Positions 9,440 to 21,316 of a stretch of 64,000 bases of DNA are shown piece after piece. This stretch comes from Candidatus Kaiserbacteria bacterium RIFOXYB1_FULL_46_14 (GTDB lineage Bacteria; Patescibacteriota; Minisyncoccia; Phycocordibacterales; UBA918). The stretch is from the NCBI GenBank assembly GCA_001783525.1, contig MFMS01000004.1, forward strand, positions 28,741 to 92,740, written 5' to 3'. The position numbers and the translations under genes are program-made. The notes beneath the pieces were generated by a model that was not told the DNA's origin, made no database searches, and saw only the letters and a program-made list of their open reading frames with translations. Each line of letters starts with the position of its first letter. Position 1 is the stretch's first letter.

Positions 9440-10223
9440 CCATCTCGATCCGCTTCACCTTAACACCAGTTTCGGTCATTTCACCCATCACGCGAGCTGG
9501 AGATGTTTCCTTCAAGACCTCTTCATTACAAGCACCAGTGGAGCCATCTTGGCGTGTACAAGCGCTTCCTTCATCAATATAGAGAGGCACCGCGTGGCCC
9601 AAAACTCCCTCTTCCTCAAAGACTAGGTGCCAATACTTAGAGTCGAGTGGAGCTGGTACCTGCTTTAGAAGAAAGCCGGTTTTATCAAAGGAGAATTCTC
9701 CTTGTGGAGCCTGCTCAGCATTACCACAAGTGATGTCGATGATTCTCCATAGATTATTTTTGGCAGCGAGTTTGACTATCGCCTGTCCAGTTTGTCCATC
9801 AGTAGTGGACATCACCAACATCTGTGCCTCTTCATCTTTTTGGAAAATAGGCAAAGTTCGCAACCCTTCAGGTACTCCAACTTGGCACAATACTGGATCT
9901 TGCTGATCACCGCCGAGTTTGCCATTCGATTCCTGCAAACGTGTCCTTAGGTCAGGAGCAACTTGTTCGAAAGCGAGTAAGTTTTGTGTAAAAGGTTCAT
10001 TGTCTCCCGTCTGGCGGGCTCCAAGCCAAGCATCATAAAAATCAAGCGTAATATCAATCGGCTTTCCTTCTACTCCTGTCCAGCGTTCCTCAAATAAACC
10101 TTTTCCGCCCAATACTTGCCATAAAATGGCCCCGATAATAATCGCAATACCGACAACTAAAATAATCGGCAAATATTTGTTTCTATTCATACCCGACAAT
10201 AATACCATAACCAAATAACCCAC
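9417..10223 (-). CDS. Hypothetical secreted or membrane-anchored protein with a Cys-rich C-terminus
   Basis: N-terminal TM segment/signal peptide followed by a soluble domain; no motif recognised. Confidence 0.5.
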   Translation of the reverse strand: MGYLVMVLLSGMNRNKYLPIILVVGIAIIIGAILWQVLGGKGLFEERWTGVEGKPIDITLDFYDAWLGARQTGDNEPFTQNLLAFEQVAPDLRTRLQESNGKLGGDQQDPVLCQVGVPEGLRTLPIFQKDEEAQMLVMSTTDGQTGQAIVKLAAKNNLWRIIDITCGNAEQAPQGEFSFDKTGFLLKQVPAPLDSKYWHLVFEEEGVLGHAVPLYIDEGSACTRQDGSTGACNEEVLKETSPARVMGEMTETGVKVKRIEMVESVSIQ

Positions 10224-10307
10224 TAGTGACCACTATTCTAATGAATATGTTTGCAATCTTTAGAAAAATAACCTAAAGTTCCGCACAGAAAGACAGAGGA
10301 GGTCCGA

Positions 10308-10907
10308 ATGAACATCTGGAAAAGGCTACATTTTAAAACTAACGACGTGCATTTCTGGTTAAAATACTGGACAGCAACCCGAAATGTCGAAAAAATCAGA
10401 ACCTTGACTGGGTCTCTGTTTGAGTCAGTCACGAAAGATGGTGGCGGCCTAAGTGGCATTAGATGGATGCTGTTTGATACTCCTGGTTACAACCATGAAA
10501 CAAGTCCGCTGTGCTGGGAAGCACCAGTTGCCATACTTCTTTATTACAGAAATAAACCAATATTTGGAATTGGTCTGGAAATTTACAAGAAGAAAATTCA
10601 CATCCGCCAACTCCAAGGAATATCGGGTGTAAAGTTTCCTAAAAAAATAAAGGGTCTTCCGGCTGTATGCGTCGGTGCGATAGTGGACTTCGCTAAACAG
10701 CAAAACTTCTCCGAAGTTCGACTGTACAGAGCACATTGCGACATGTTCTATCAAGAGCCCCATTTACCAAATCTTCCTGAAGGAAAAACTCGAGACGAAG
10801 TGGTAAATGAAATAAGGCAACGGATGCGCCGCAGATATGACGGCACAGCGAGACAATTGGGTTTCGTGATGAAAAAAGACTATGGCGAGATCGTACTCTC
10901 CCACTAA
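10308..10907 (+). CDS. Hypothetical protein
   Basis: A 199-aa ORF next to tRNA 3'-end remnants; no confident motif. Confidence 0.45.
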   Translation: MNIWKRLHFKTNDVHFWLKYWTATRNVEKIRTLTGSLFESVTKDGGGLSGIRWMLFDTPGYNHETSPLCWEAPVAILLYYRNKPIFGIGLEIYKKKIHIRQLQGISGVKFPKKIKGLPAVCVGAIVDFAKQQNFSEVRLYRAHCDMFYQEPHLPNLPEGKTRDEVVNEIRQRMRRRYDGTARQLGFVMKKDYGEIVLSH

Positions 10908-10935
10908 ACGACTTCAAAATTTAGAAGTCGTTTTC

Positions 10936-10958
10936 TTTTGCGCGAGAGACGGGACTTG
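10936..10958. repeat. Partial duplicate of the tRNA-Asp 3' end (att-like direct repeat)
   Basis: ttttgcgcgagagacgggacttg is identical to 11103-11125. An inverted copy, tctctcgcgcaaaa, lies at 11064-11077. Confidence 0.8.
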
Positions 10959-11107
10959 GTCACGAATATTTTCCTGACGGAAAATTTTTCGACCCCGCCT
11001 CGCTTGCCTCCGGCACCGCTCCGGCTTTCAAGTCCCGACGCAAGCAAAGCAGTTTACTTGCTTCTCTCGCGCAAAATAAAAGCCCCCTTGCGGGGACCTT
11101 CATTTTG

Positions 11108-11181
11108 CGCGAGAGACGGGACTTGAACCCGCAACCTCTGCCGTGACAGGGCAGCGCTCTAACCAGTTGAGCTACTCCCGC
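11108..11181 (-). tRNA. tRNA-Asp (anticodon GTC)
   Basis: Acceptor gcgggag/ctctcgc, anticodon loop ctGTCac, and T-loop TTCAAGT. Confidence 0.75.
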
Positions 11182-11229
11182 AAAATTGCAACTGCCCGAT
11201 TTTAGCAGAAAATACTAAAAATGCACGTG

Positions 11230-11303
11230 TGCCGGGGGAGAGACTTGAACTCTCGACCTTAGCGTTATGAATGCTACGCTCTCACCAACTGAGCTACCCC
11301 GAC
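11230..11303 (-). tRNA. tRNA-Met (anticodon CAT), elongator type, or possibly Ile2
   Basis: Anticodon loop ttCATaa, acceptor gtcgggg/ccccggc, and T-loop TTCAAGT. Confidence 0.65.
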
Positions 11304-11382
11304 AGGTGACCATGAGAATAGCATTTAAAGCCATACGATTCAATATAAAAAGCTGGCTCTTTACAGCCAGACTTTTTATTTT

Positions 11383-11399
11383 TTGTTGCGGGGCCCGGA
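11383..11399. repeat. Partial duplicate of the tRNA-fMet 3' end, which looks like a decayed tRNA copy or att-like repeat
   Basis: ttgttgcggggcccgga is identical to 11563-11579. The intervening 160 bp retains a T-loop-like gttcgat and several hairpins. Confidence 0.75.
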
Positions 11400-11526
11400 C
11401 GCTTCGCTATCGAACTACTCGGAAACCCCTCGGTTTTCCGACGTTCGTAAACTCACTGCCTTCCGCCACGGGGAAACTAAGTTTCCCCGACCCCCTTCTA
11501 CGGTTCGATTCCACCCACCAAAATAA

Positions 11527-11558
11527 GAAAGAACGACACCGTGAGGTGTCGTTCTTTC
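11527..11558. terminator. Perfect 14-bp hairpin terminator
   Basis: Stem gaaagaacgacacc, loop gtga, stem ggtgtcgttctttc, flanked by A and T runs. Confidence 0.7.
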
Positions 11559-11565
11559 TTATTTG

Positions 11566-11636
11566 TTGCGGGGCCCGGAATCGAACCGGGGTCTGGAGGT
11601 TATGAGCCTCCCGAGGTACCTCTCCTCTACCCCGCT
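11566..11636 (-). tRNA. Initiator-type tRNA-fMet (anticodon CAT)
   Basis: The acceptor stem agcgggg/ccccgca followed by aca resembles E. coli tRNA-fMet (gcgggg...ccccgcaacca). It carries a 1-72 mismatch and anticodon loop ctCATaa. Confidence 0.6.
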
Positions 11637-11687
11637 ATATCACAATCGTGGGATAAATGTTACCACTGACACGGCTGTTTGTCTATA

Positions 11688-12314
11688 TTAGATGGCGTTG
11701 AATTCTTCGAAGACCATCTTATATTGTGCGATTGTTTCTTGGGCTTCTCTTTGTGACAATTCAAACTCGGAACCTTCATGAGCAATACGGTTGCGCACAT
11801 TGTGTGCACGCCATGCTTGATTAACAGTACGGAATGATGTGGGTGACGCATTTTTGAGTTTGTCTCCCACTGTCGCGCCTAACAAACCGATACTCTCAAG
11901 CAATTCCTCAAGTAAAATGTCGGCCTCAATGATGGCCAGTTTCCAGTCATTCATTCGATCGCTCTCAATATGTGAAAGGATGTCGTGCCAGCGGCCATTC
12001 TTTGCGCCCTGTCTGTATAGTTCATCGTAAGTTTCTTCCTGTCTTTTGAGTATAGCGGCAATCACCTCACCTACCTGTTCACCACGAATATAGGCATAGA
12101 TTAGACCAAACAAGAAAAGGGCGGCGAGGAGCCAAGAGAGCACCACGATGATACTCCAGATATTGGCGAGCATGCTGATGAAATCGGATATAGACCAACC
12201 AGACGCAATTCCACCATCACTACCGCCACCAAAAAGTCGCTCAAACAAGGAGTTTAAGAATGTGAAAAAATCAACGGAGTACTCGTTGAATGGGATATCG
12301 TTTTCGTCGCGCAC
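11688..12314 (-). CDS. Hypothetical membrane protein with a C-terminal HEPN-like Rx4H motif
   Basis: One or two TM segments, then an alpha-helical domain containing NVRNRIAHEG. Confidence 0.45.
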   Translation of the reverse strand: MRDENDIPFNEYSVDFFTFLNSLFERLFGGGSDGGIASGWSISDFISMLANIWSIIVVLSWLLAALFLFGLIYAYIRGEQVGEVIAAILKRQEETYDELYRQGAKNGRWHDILSHIESDRMNDWKLAIIEADILLEELLESIGLLGATVGDKLKNASPTSFRTVNQAWRAHNVRNRIAHEGSEFELSQREAQETIAQYKMVFEEFNAI

Positions 12315-12349
12315 AATTAATCAATTCTAATGAAAGCAGATACTTTCAT

Positions 12350-13774
12350 CTAGCCATTATTATAACGCTTGGCGTCGTACACCTTCCGGCCAATATCGAA
12401 CAAGCGTGCTTCCCCGCCATGTGGTGCAATGTACTGAACACCGGTTGGTAAAGAAACCCCGTCACGTTCCACTTCACCCATCGGAATAGAAAGAGCCGGA
12501 ACACCAGTGAGGTTGACTGGCACAGTGAAGATGTCTTGTCGATACATCGAGAGTGGGTCCGACTTCTCACCTAGCTTGAAGGCTGGTGTAGGCGCTGTTG
12601 GTGTCACTACCAGATCAACCTGCGCAAAAGCAGCGTTGAGTTCGTCGCGCATTTTTCCTCGTAGTGCCTCAGCCTTGCCGTAGTAGGCATCGAAGTAACC
12701 AGAGGACAGTACATAGGTGCCGAGCAATATACGACGCTTGGCTTCAGCGCCAAAACCATCAGCTCGCGAGTTGAGATAAGTTTCCAAAAGATCTTTGCCT
12801 TCTTTGCGTACTCCGTAACGAATACCGTCGAAGCGCGCTAGGTTGGACGATACTTCAGCCGGCATCACTATGTAGTAAGCGGCCAGACCAGCTTCAAAAA
12901 GTGGTAGTTCAATATCGACAATGCGATGTCCTGCCGCTCGTAATTCATCAAGATGAGATTCGAAGCGCTCCATCACATCGGCGTCGACACCTTGGCCAAG
13001 AAAGGCGCGCGGCACGCCGAAGGTATAGGTGTCTTTGGTTGGTGCGACACCATATGTCTCTCCGCTGATGGTGGTCATATCGTGAGGATCGCGACCAGCG
13101 ATCACATTAAAGAGTGTTTCAGCGTCTTCGACTGAATTGGTCAGGGTGCCGGCCTGATCAAGACTGGAACCCATTGCCATCAAGCCATAGCGTGACACCG
13201 CACCGTAAGTAGGTTTGAGTCCAACCAACCCACAGTAACTTGCTGGTTGACGAATAGACCCTCCCGTATCGGTACCGAGTGCCGCAGGAACCGAACTCAT
13301 AGCCACTGCCGCCGCCGAACCACCAGACGATCCGCCAGGTACCCGACTCTGATCAATCGGATTGCGAGTCGGGCCATAGGCAGAGTTTTCGGTGGAGGAA
13401 CCCATTGCGAACTCATCCATGTTGGTACTACCGATAAATATAGCGCCGGCATCACGGAGACGCTTTATCACGGTCGCGTCATAGCTAGCGATGTAGTTAT
13501 CCAATATTTTGGAAGCTCCAGTAGCTCGCTTTCCAGCAATTAAAATATTGTTCTTAATTGCCAAAGGCACGCCACAAAGTGGCGGGGTGTTTCCACCTTC
13601 TTTCTGATAGCGAGCGGTCGCTTCTTTTGCCATCTCTTCCGCATCATCATAGACATCGAGATAGGCATGAATGTCACCGTCTTTTTCAGAGATCACGGCC
13701 TTTGCTTCCGCTACTGCCTCCATAGGAGTGTACTCACCGGAAATAAATTTTTTGCGTAATTCGGAAATGGTCAT
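12350..13774 (-). CDS. gatA: Glu-tRNA(Gln)/Asp-tRNA(Asn) amidotransferase subunit A
   Basis: Amidase signature GGSSGGSAAAVA, the expected length, and gatC immediately upstream. Confidence 0.9.
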   Translation of the reverse strand: MTISELRKKFISGEYTPMEAVAEAKAVISEKDGDIHAYLDVYDDAEEMAKEATARYQKEGGNTPPLCGVPLAIKNNILIAGKRATGASKILDNYIASYDATVIKRLRDAGAIFIGSTNMDEFAMGSSTENSAYGPTRNPIDQSRVPGGSSGGSAAAVAMSSVPAALGTDTGGSIRQPASYCGLVGLKPTYGAVSRYGLMAMGSSLDQAGTLTNSVEDAETLFNVIAGRDPHDMTTISGETYGVAPTKDTYTFGVPRAFLGQGVDADVMERFESHLDELRAAGHRIVDIELPLFEAGLAAYYIVMPAEVSSNLARFDGIRYGVRKEGKDLLETYLNSRADGFGAEAKRRILLGTYVLSSGYFDAYYGKAEALRGKMRDELNAAFAQVDLVVTPTAPTPAFKLGEKSDPLSMYRQDIFTVPVNLTGVPALSIPMGEVERDGVSLPTGVQYIAPHGGEARLFDIGRKVYDAKRYNNG

Positions 13775-14064
13775 GAATCAGGATTAAGGATCTTCTTAAC
13801 TTTAAGGTAGTCCCCTTCTCGTTCTGGAAAAGCGGCTTGGAGTACGTCGGAATAAGAGTCTGGTTCGTTAACTACCTTATCTTCACGAAAGACATTATGA
13901 ACAAGGCCAACCTTTTTTTCCAAGTGTCCATCCGGAACCAACTTGTTGACCTCACTGACATATTCCAAAATAGCGTCAATTTCACCTTTCAGTTTTAGAG
14001 CCTCGGCGTCAGAGAGCCGGATGCGTGAAAGTGTTCCAAGGTGAAGTATCTCTTCTTTAGTCAT
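13771..14064 (-). CDS. gatC: Amidotransferase subunit C
   Basis: A 97-aa protein with start/stop overlap onto gatA and a GatC-like N-terminus (LSRIRLSDAE). Confidence 0.8.
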   Translation of the reverse strand: MTKEEILHLGTLSRIRLSDAEALKLKGEIDAILEYVSEVNKLVPDGHLEKKVGLVHNVFREDKVVNEPDSYSDVLQAAFPEREGDYLKVKKILNPDS

Positions 14065-14080
14065 TTTGGTGCATCATACA

Positions 14081-16156
<2,076 letters not shown>

Positions 16157-16280
16157 TTAAAAAATTAAAACTCACCAAATCGAGTCAACTTCGAGGCGCA
16201 CGAGGAAAATGGCACAAGCCGTATATGGACATACTGTGAGTGACATTTTATCGAAGTGCAACAAAGAAATTGGCCGATTT
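16157..16280. repeat. MITE-like intergenic element, copy A, bounded by 16-bp terminal inverted repeats
   Basis: AAAACTCACCAAATCG ... CGATTTGGTGAGTTTT. The internal core gccgtatatggacatac is shared with copy C. Confidence 0.7.
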
Positions 16281-16289
16281 GGTGAGTTT

Positions 16290-16889
16290 TTAGTATTCGA
16301 TGGTGATCTCGCGTTGGATAGTAAGTATAGAATCCAACTGATCGCAAGGTCGGTTATAACCTCTTGAGAAGATTGCTGTACAAAAAGTACCGGCCGTACA
16401 ATTTATGCTGGATAGACCCTCACCACTAATACTCCGATCAAAATCTGCAGTAGCCGTACGGACATCAGCAATATACATGCTGGTCTCTATACATTGTCCA
16501 AGGTTAGTAGTGTACGTATATTTGTAATTGTAAAAAAATTGATTGTTCTGACTGTACAAAGTAGAAGCCTGCACGCCTGGTGGAGAATCTGGTGTTTCTC
16601 CGGCGCAATTAAGCGAAGGCGGCCAATTTCCACCTTCTCGCAAGAGTGTTACTAAAGTGGCTGGTTGAGCGCGGTGCCAGCGCATACACTCAAGACCCAC
16701 ATTGGCTGCCTGAAAGGCTTTTTCCGATTCACTGGCAGTTACAGCCAGTACGTATTGTTTGGTGGTAACAAACAAGAGCGATAGACCAATCGCCAACACA
16801 ACACTCACCACCACCAACGTGATAAGTAATGCAAATCCGTCTTCACCCCTTTTGTTACATCGGTGGTTCATAGTAGATATTGTACACAT
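16290..16889 (-). CDS. Minor pilin or pseudopilin-like protein (GspK/PilX-like, lacking Glu5)
   Basis: Hydrophobic N-terminal helix GFALLITLVVVSVVLAIG in an operon with other prepilins. Confidence 0.5.
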   Translation of the reverse strand: MCTISTMNHRCNKRGEDGFALLITLVVVSVVLAIGLSLLFVTTKQYVLAVTASESEKAFQAANVGLECMRWHRAQPATLVTLLREGGNWPPSLNCAGETPDSPPGVQASTLYSQNNQFFYNYKYTYTTNLGQCIETSMYIADVRTATADFDRSISGEGLSSINCTAGTFCTAIFSRGYNRPCDQLDSILTIQREITIEY

Positions 16890-17451
16890 ATGTTTCTAGG
16901 CTAACCTGCTGTTCAGGCTTAGTGCCCCAACTAACGGTAGATTTGATAATCGCCTTATCGTTATCAACGCTAATCACCAGCTTGCGCTCATAAATCGTCT
17001 CCACTCCAGTCAAAACCCCCTGTCGGTATGGCACAGCAGCAGTTGTGTCATAGCGCATTTTGCAGTTGCTACTGTTGCAATTATAAAAACTGGCCGTGTT
17101 AATAACTCCATTAGTACCGATCTGAACACCACAAGGATTGGCCACCGTACAACGATTTGCCAAAGTTGATACGTAGCCCCAGACGAGGCTGAGGTTATTG
17201 AGCGAGCTAGGAAAGGCACTGAGAGCACTATCTTCACGCAACTTAAACAATGTCTCGATTCCTTCCTGTGCTAAGAATACAGACATTGTTTGCTCACGCG
17301 AATTGAGAGCGCGTTTCAAACCCACCTGTGCAATCGTGAGCGGGCCAACGAGAGCGATCAACAATACCGTAATAGCAACCAACACTTCAACGAGTGAATA
17401 GCCACCTTTTGTATTTGCAGTACCGCGCTGTTTGTGTCGGATTGAATGCAT
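16855..17451 (-). CDS. Type IV minor pilin with a prepilin N-terminus
   Basis: GGYSLVEVLVAITVLLIAL prepilin cleavage/methylation motif. Confidence 0.7.
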   Translation of the reverse strand: MHSIRHKQRGTANTKGGYSLVEVLVAITVLLIALVGPLTIAQVGLKRALNSREQTMSVFLAQEGIETLFKLREDSALSAFPSSLNNLSLVWGYVSTLANRCTVANPCGVQIGTNGVINTASFYNCNSSNCKMRYDTTAAVPYRQGVLTGVETIYERKLVISVDNDKAIIKSTVSWGTKPEQQVSLETYVYNIYYEPPM

Positions 17452-17453
17452 AA

Positions 17454-18125
17454 CTATATATCAAGTACTCTCTTAGTAACCGTTGTTTGCAAAGTGAAGT
17501 CAGCGTCCGTAGCTGATACTCCGGCGATAGAGCCCGCTATATAGATGGTTACGTTGGGTTGAACAATCGAGCCGTCCTGCGATCTGGTTGCGCTACCGAT
17601 CACTTGAAAATGCATATCGTCGATACTGACGGAGGGATCAGTCAAAGACAACCAGCCACTGCTGCCTATTTTTCGTTCAATGGTACGATCAACACTGTTA
17701 TAACGATAAGCCAACCGGTTGTTATAGGCACCTGATGTCAAACTGTCACCACCTTCAATAATCGATAAATAGATGCCTTGGTCATCACAATCTCTAACTT
17801 GATCAAAACCACCAGTAACATCAGTGGCAGAAGAGCCGGAACAATAGTAAGCCTGACCAGTTCTGATCTCGCGAGCCATACTATCGAGAGCAAACTGAAC
17901 GTTACCAACCGCTGATTGAATATTTTGTGCCTTGGCGTTGGCATTGATGAGCACTAAGAGACTACCTATCCCCATAGTGATAACGACAATAAAAAGCGAC
18001 AGGGACACCAACACTTCAATGAGAGAAAAACCGCGACTAGACTGTGCTGATGCAGAAAATTGCTTCGCAATTTTCTGCCTCTTTAATCTTAAAATTTGTA
18101 AGCTAGAAGGCAACATATTACTCAA
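17454..18125 (-). CDS. Type IV minor pilin
   Basis: RGFSLIEVLVSLSLF prepilin motif. Confidence 0.7.
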   Translation of the reverse strand: MSNMLPSSLQILRLKRQKIAKQFSASAQSSRGFSLIEVLVSLSLFIVVITMGIGSLLVLINANAKAQNIQSAVGNVQFALDSMAREIRTGQAYYCSGSSATDVTGGFDQVRDCDDQGIYLSIIEGGDSLTSGAYNNRLAYRYNSVDRTIERKIGSSGWLSLTDPSVSIDDMHFQVIGSATRSQDGSIVQPNVTIYIAGSIAGVSATDADFTLQTTVTKRVLDI

Positions 18126-18657
18126 CTGAAATTTGTCCGGCGGCGTTTACTACCACTGTTCTTACACTATCACTTCCGTTTTTTGGTACCAATCTAACCT
18201 TACCGGTAGCTATCGACCCATCGTTAATCAACGCATCAAAATTGGGGCGTTTAAATACCACAGACATTGTTGTTATTCCACAACTGTCATTGCTGCATAG
18301 TTCAGATAACACGAACCGCGTATCTAGTTTTCTGGTTTCCAATTCTTCGCCATTGTTATAAACATTATTCCCATTAGTATCTACAAACAAAAGGTATCTG
18401 TCAGATTGTGACAGATTAAAATAAATGCCATAACCGTCACGAAACGCCGTACCACTTCTGCCCTGAGCAGACAAAGCGCGCGTCTGGACATCACGCAGAT
18501 CGAGCGCTATCTGAAACGCCTGATTCTTATGCAAAATAAGATTATTGAACGCACCGTACTTAATTACGATAATGCCGGTAATAACGCCAATAATAGCGGC
18601 AGTGATTAATACTTCCAGAATAGAAAATCCTCGTGCCGAAGAGTATCGTTTCTTCAT
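18118..18657 (-). CDS. Type IV minor pilin (FimT/GspH-like)
   Basis: ARGFSILEVLITAAIIGV prepilin motif. Confidence 0.7.
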   Translation of the reverse strand: MKKRYSSARGFSILEVLITAAIIGVITGIIVIKYGAFNNLILHKNQAFQIALDLRDVQTRALSAQGRSGTAFRDGYGIYFNLSQSDRYLLFVDTNGNNVYNNGEELETRKLDTRFVLSELCSNDSCGITTMSVVFKRPNFDALINDGSIATGKVRLVPKNGSDSVRTVVVNAAGQISVE

Positions 18658-19508
18658 AGGATTGTGAGTAGAGTCCTCTCCACCAAGAGTAAGACGTCAA
18701 TGTTTAAGAAATAAACCAAAACAAATGACGCGATCAAAAAAGGCGCGAACGGAACCTCACTTTTCATATTAACACGCCCCCCTATCCTTCCTCCCGTCAT
18801 TCTGCGGATAGCACCGGTGGATAGTAGGATGAGCGCGATTCCTATCACTGCACCGAGCACAAAAGCCAAGACGAGAAATGAAAACAAGCCACCAAAACCA
18901 ACTAACATACCCAAACCAAAAGAAATTTTAGCGTCACCAAAACCAATTGCCCGACCCTGCGATAAATACCAGAGGGCGGTCAACAAAAATGCCGCTATGC
19001 CGCCGGCCGAAATACTGAGAAAAAATTGAAGATAATCGCCAGACGACCAAACTTTCGCACCCACTATTAATAATGCAATAAGCGTGGTAGCGATGGACAA
19101 CTCGTCCGGTATTATCTTGTGATAAAAATCATAGACCAGCACCACCACCAGAGTGGAGAGCAAAGCGCAGTCAAGTATCAAAAACCACCAACTGTAAAAA
19201 TTTAAATAGGCCAGCATAAACGCGCCCGCAGTCAGCAACTCAACCAGGGCGTAGCGATACGGAATAAAGGAATGGCAAGATCGACAACGAGCTCTAAGTA
19301 CTAGATACGATAATACCGGAAACAACTCGTACCAAGAAAGTGTTCGTCCGCATGATAAACAATGTGAGCGATCATTAAGAGAACGCCCTGTATGTAAACG
19401 GTATATTACGACATTAAGAAAACTACCGATAATGAGGCCGAAGACTCCAACGACAGAAAAGAAAAACCATTCAGGAAGCATCGTCATAAGTATAAGTAGA
19501 AAAGGCAA
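18654..19508 (-). CDS. pilD: Prepilin peptidase and N-methyltransferase
   Basis: Zn-binding CLSCG...CRSCH motif, a polytopic membrane topology, and A24-family layout. Confidence 0.85.
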   Translation of the reverse strand: MPFLLILMTMLPEWFFFSVVGVFGLIIGSFLNVVIYRLHTGRSLNDRSHCLSCGRTLSWYELFPVLSYLVLRARCRSCHSFIPYRYALVELLTAGAFMLAYLNFYSWWFLILDCALLSTLVVVLVYDFYHKIIPDELSIATTLIALLIVGAKVWSSGDYLQFFLSISAGGIAAFLLTALWYLSQGRAIGFGDAKISFGLGMLVGFGGLFSFLVLAFVLGAVIGIALILLSTGAIRRMTGGRIGGRVNMKSEVPFAPFLIASFVLVYFLNIDVLLLVERTLLTIL

Positions 19509-19571
19509 AAGATGAAAAGCAAAACACCCCGCCGCGTCAGACGCGGCGGGGTGTTTGTGGAAAATTATAGA

Positions 19572-20045
19572 TTACGGACAAGCTGTGAACGCGGTGTCAG
19601 AATACGTACCTGTAACAACCTTGGCAGCCCCAGTCGAGTCCACACAGTAATACTGGCCAGTATTGGAGACAAGACGAGCCTTGAATGCCCAAGCAGTTGC
19701 TGAAGAACCACAAGTGACATACCCTGCACCACCCGCGATGTTTATCACCGCAGTCTCCATTGCACCAATACCACCGGTTGCAGTACAGACACTGGTGTAG
19801 GAATTAGGAGTCTGATCGTCATAGAAAAGTTCAGCCTGGGCACGAGCGTTGTTGATTGTTGATTTGATAGAGGCATCTGCACCTTTGGCACGCGCAGTAC
19901 CGAGTGAAGCCATCACTACTGAGGCCAAGATACCGATGATGGCAATTACGACCAAGAGCTCGATCAGTGTGAAGCCCGCCTGACGGTAGGCACGGCCGCG
20001 CTGTAATGAATGTTTGAACATAGTATTAATGATTATTTTTCTCAA
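19572..20045 (-). CDS. pilA: Major type IV pilin; the probable start is the Met at 20021
   Basis: Leader MFKHSLQRGRAYRQAG followed by FTLIELLVVIAIIGILA. Confidence 0.85.
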   Translation of the reverse strand: MRKIIINTMFKHSLQRGRAYRQAGFTLIELLVVIAIIGILASVVMASLGTARAKGADASIKSTINNARAQAELFYDDQTPNSYTSVCTATGGIGAMETAVINIAGGAGYVTCGSSATAWAFKARLVSNTGQYYCVDSTGAAKVVTGTYSDTAFTACP

Positions 20046-20093
20046 TTATAACGACAAAACATACTCTTGCCTTTAAAATGTAGTGGATAAGTT

Positions 20094-21302
20094 CTAGATC
20101 GATGCCGTAAGGTTGTAGATCGGCATCAATACAGAAGCGAGCAACGTACCAACGCCGAGACCAAGTAGAACGATCATGACAGGCTCAATCAGTCCGATCA
20201 GGGTATCGACGGCGTTATTTACTTCACGATTGTAAAATGTAGCGAGCGTCTTCATGATCTCGGAAAGATTACCCGTTTCCTCTCCCACCTTGGCCATTTG
20301 CGAAAGTACGCCAGGAATTTCTGGATACTCGCCGATAGCATCTGCAAAAGAACGGCCGCCCTTCACCTCCAACAAAGTATTTTCAAGAATCTCTTTAAAG
20401 ACGGCGTTGTCCACCACTTCAGAAGACACTTCAAGTGCTTGAACCATTGATATACCAGAAGCAAGCATCGTAGAGATGTTGTCGCAAATGCGAGTTAGAT
20501 AGAGTTTACGGAACAAGTCTCCAACGTATGGAATACTAATCTTGAATTCGTCGTAGGCGCGCTTGCCTACTGGTGTTCTAACAAAGCGCCAAGAAAACGC
20601 TCCAATAGCTGAACCCAGGACCAGAATGATACCGATATAATCGGTGACCAAATTAGACAAAGCGATCACAATCTTTGTATAGATCGGTAATTCCTGACCG
20701 GAATCGATCAAAATCTGACTAATGCGCGGGATAACAAGAGTTAGCATCAGACCCATCACAAGGATAAAGACTCCAATCACAAAGGTCGGATAGACCAGCG
20801 CATTACGCGCCTTCGTTACCACCTGATAAGTACGGTCTAAGTAATCCGCAAGATAGTTGAATGATTTTTCTAGCGAACCAGACTCTTCACCGCTGCGCAC
20901 CATGTTGATATAAAAAGAAGTGAAGACAGTAGGATGCGCCGCCAGTGAACGCGAAATCGAACTACCAGCCTGCAAATCATCAGCGATGTCATTTAAAACA
21001 TTGCGCATCTGGGGATTCTCCGCCTCGCTAGCAAGCAAACGAAAGATTCGGAGTGCCGACACTTGGGCATCGAAGAGGGTCGCTAACTGACGAGACAGAA
21101 TCACTACCTCCTTGTTGCTGATTCGTTGAAACCACTTGATCTCAAGATTAAAAATACTTTTTGATTCTTCAATCGGATCAATCGAAATAACCGTGTAGCT
21201 GCGTTTTTGCACGGTCGCAATCGCGGCGTCTATATTAGAAGCCTCAACCGTACCTTCACGTTTGACATTATTTTGATCGATCGCTTTGTAAGAAAAAAGC
21301 AT
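20094..21302 (-). CDS. pilC: Type IV pilus platform protein PilC (GspF family)
   Basis: Two GspF repeats and three TM segments. Confidence 0.85.
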   Translation of the reverse strand: MLFSYKAIDQNNVKREGTVEASNIDAAIATVQKRSYTVISIDPIEESKSIFNLEIKWFQRISNKEVVILSRQLATLFDAQVSALRIFRLLASEAENPQMRNVLNDIADDLQAGSSISRSLAAHPTVFTSFYINMVRSGEESGSLEKSFNYLADYLDRTYQVVTKARNALVYPTFVIGVFILVMGLMLTLVIPRISQILIDSGQELPIYTKIVIALSNLVTDYIGIILVLGSAIGAFSWRFVRTPVGKRAYDEFKISIPYVGDLFRKLYLTRICDNISTMLASGISMVQALEVSSEVVDNAVFKEILENTLLEVKGGRSFADAIGEYPEIPGVLSQMAKVGEETGNLSEIMKTLATFYNREVNNAVDTLIGLIEPVMIVLLGLGVGTLLASVLMPIYNLTASI

Positions 21303-21316
21303 ATGAAGAATTTATA

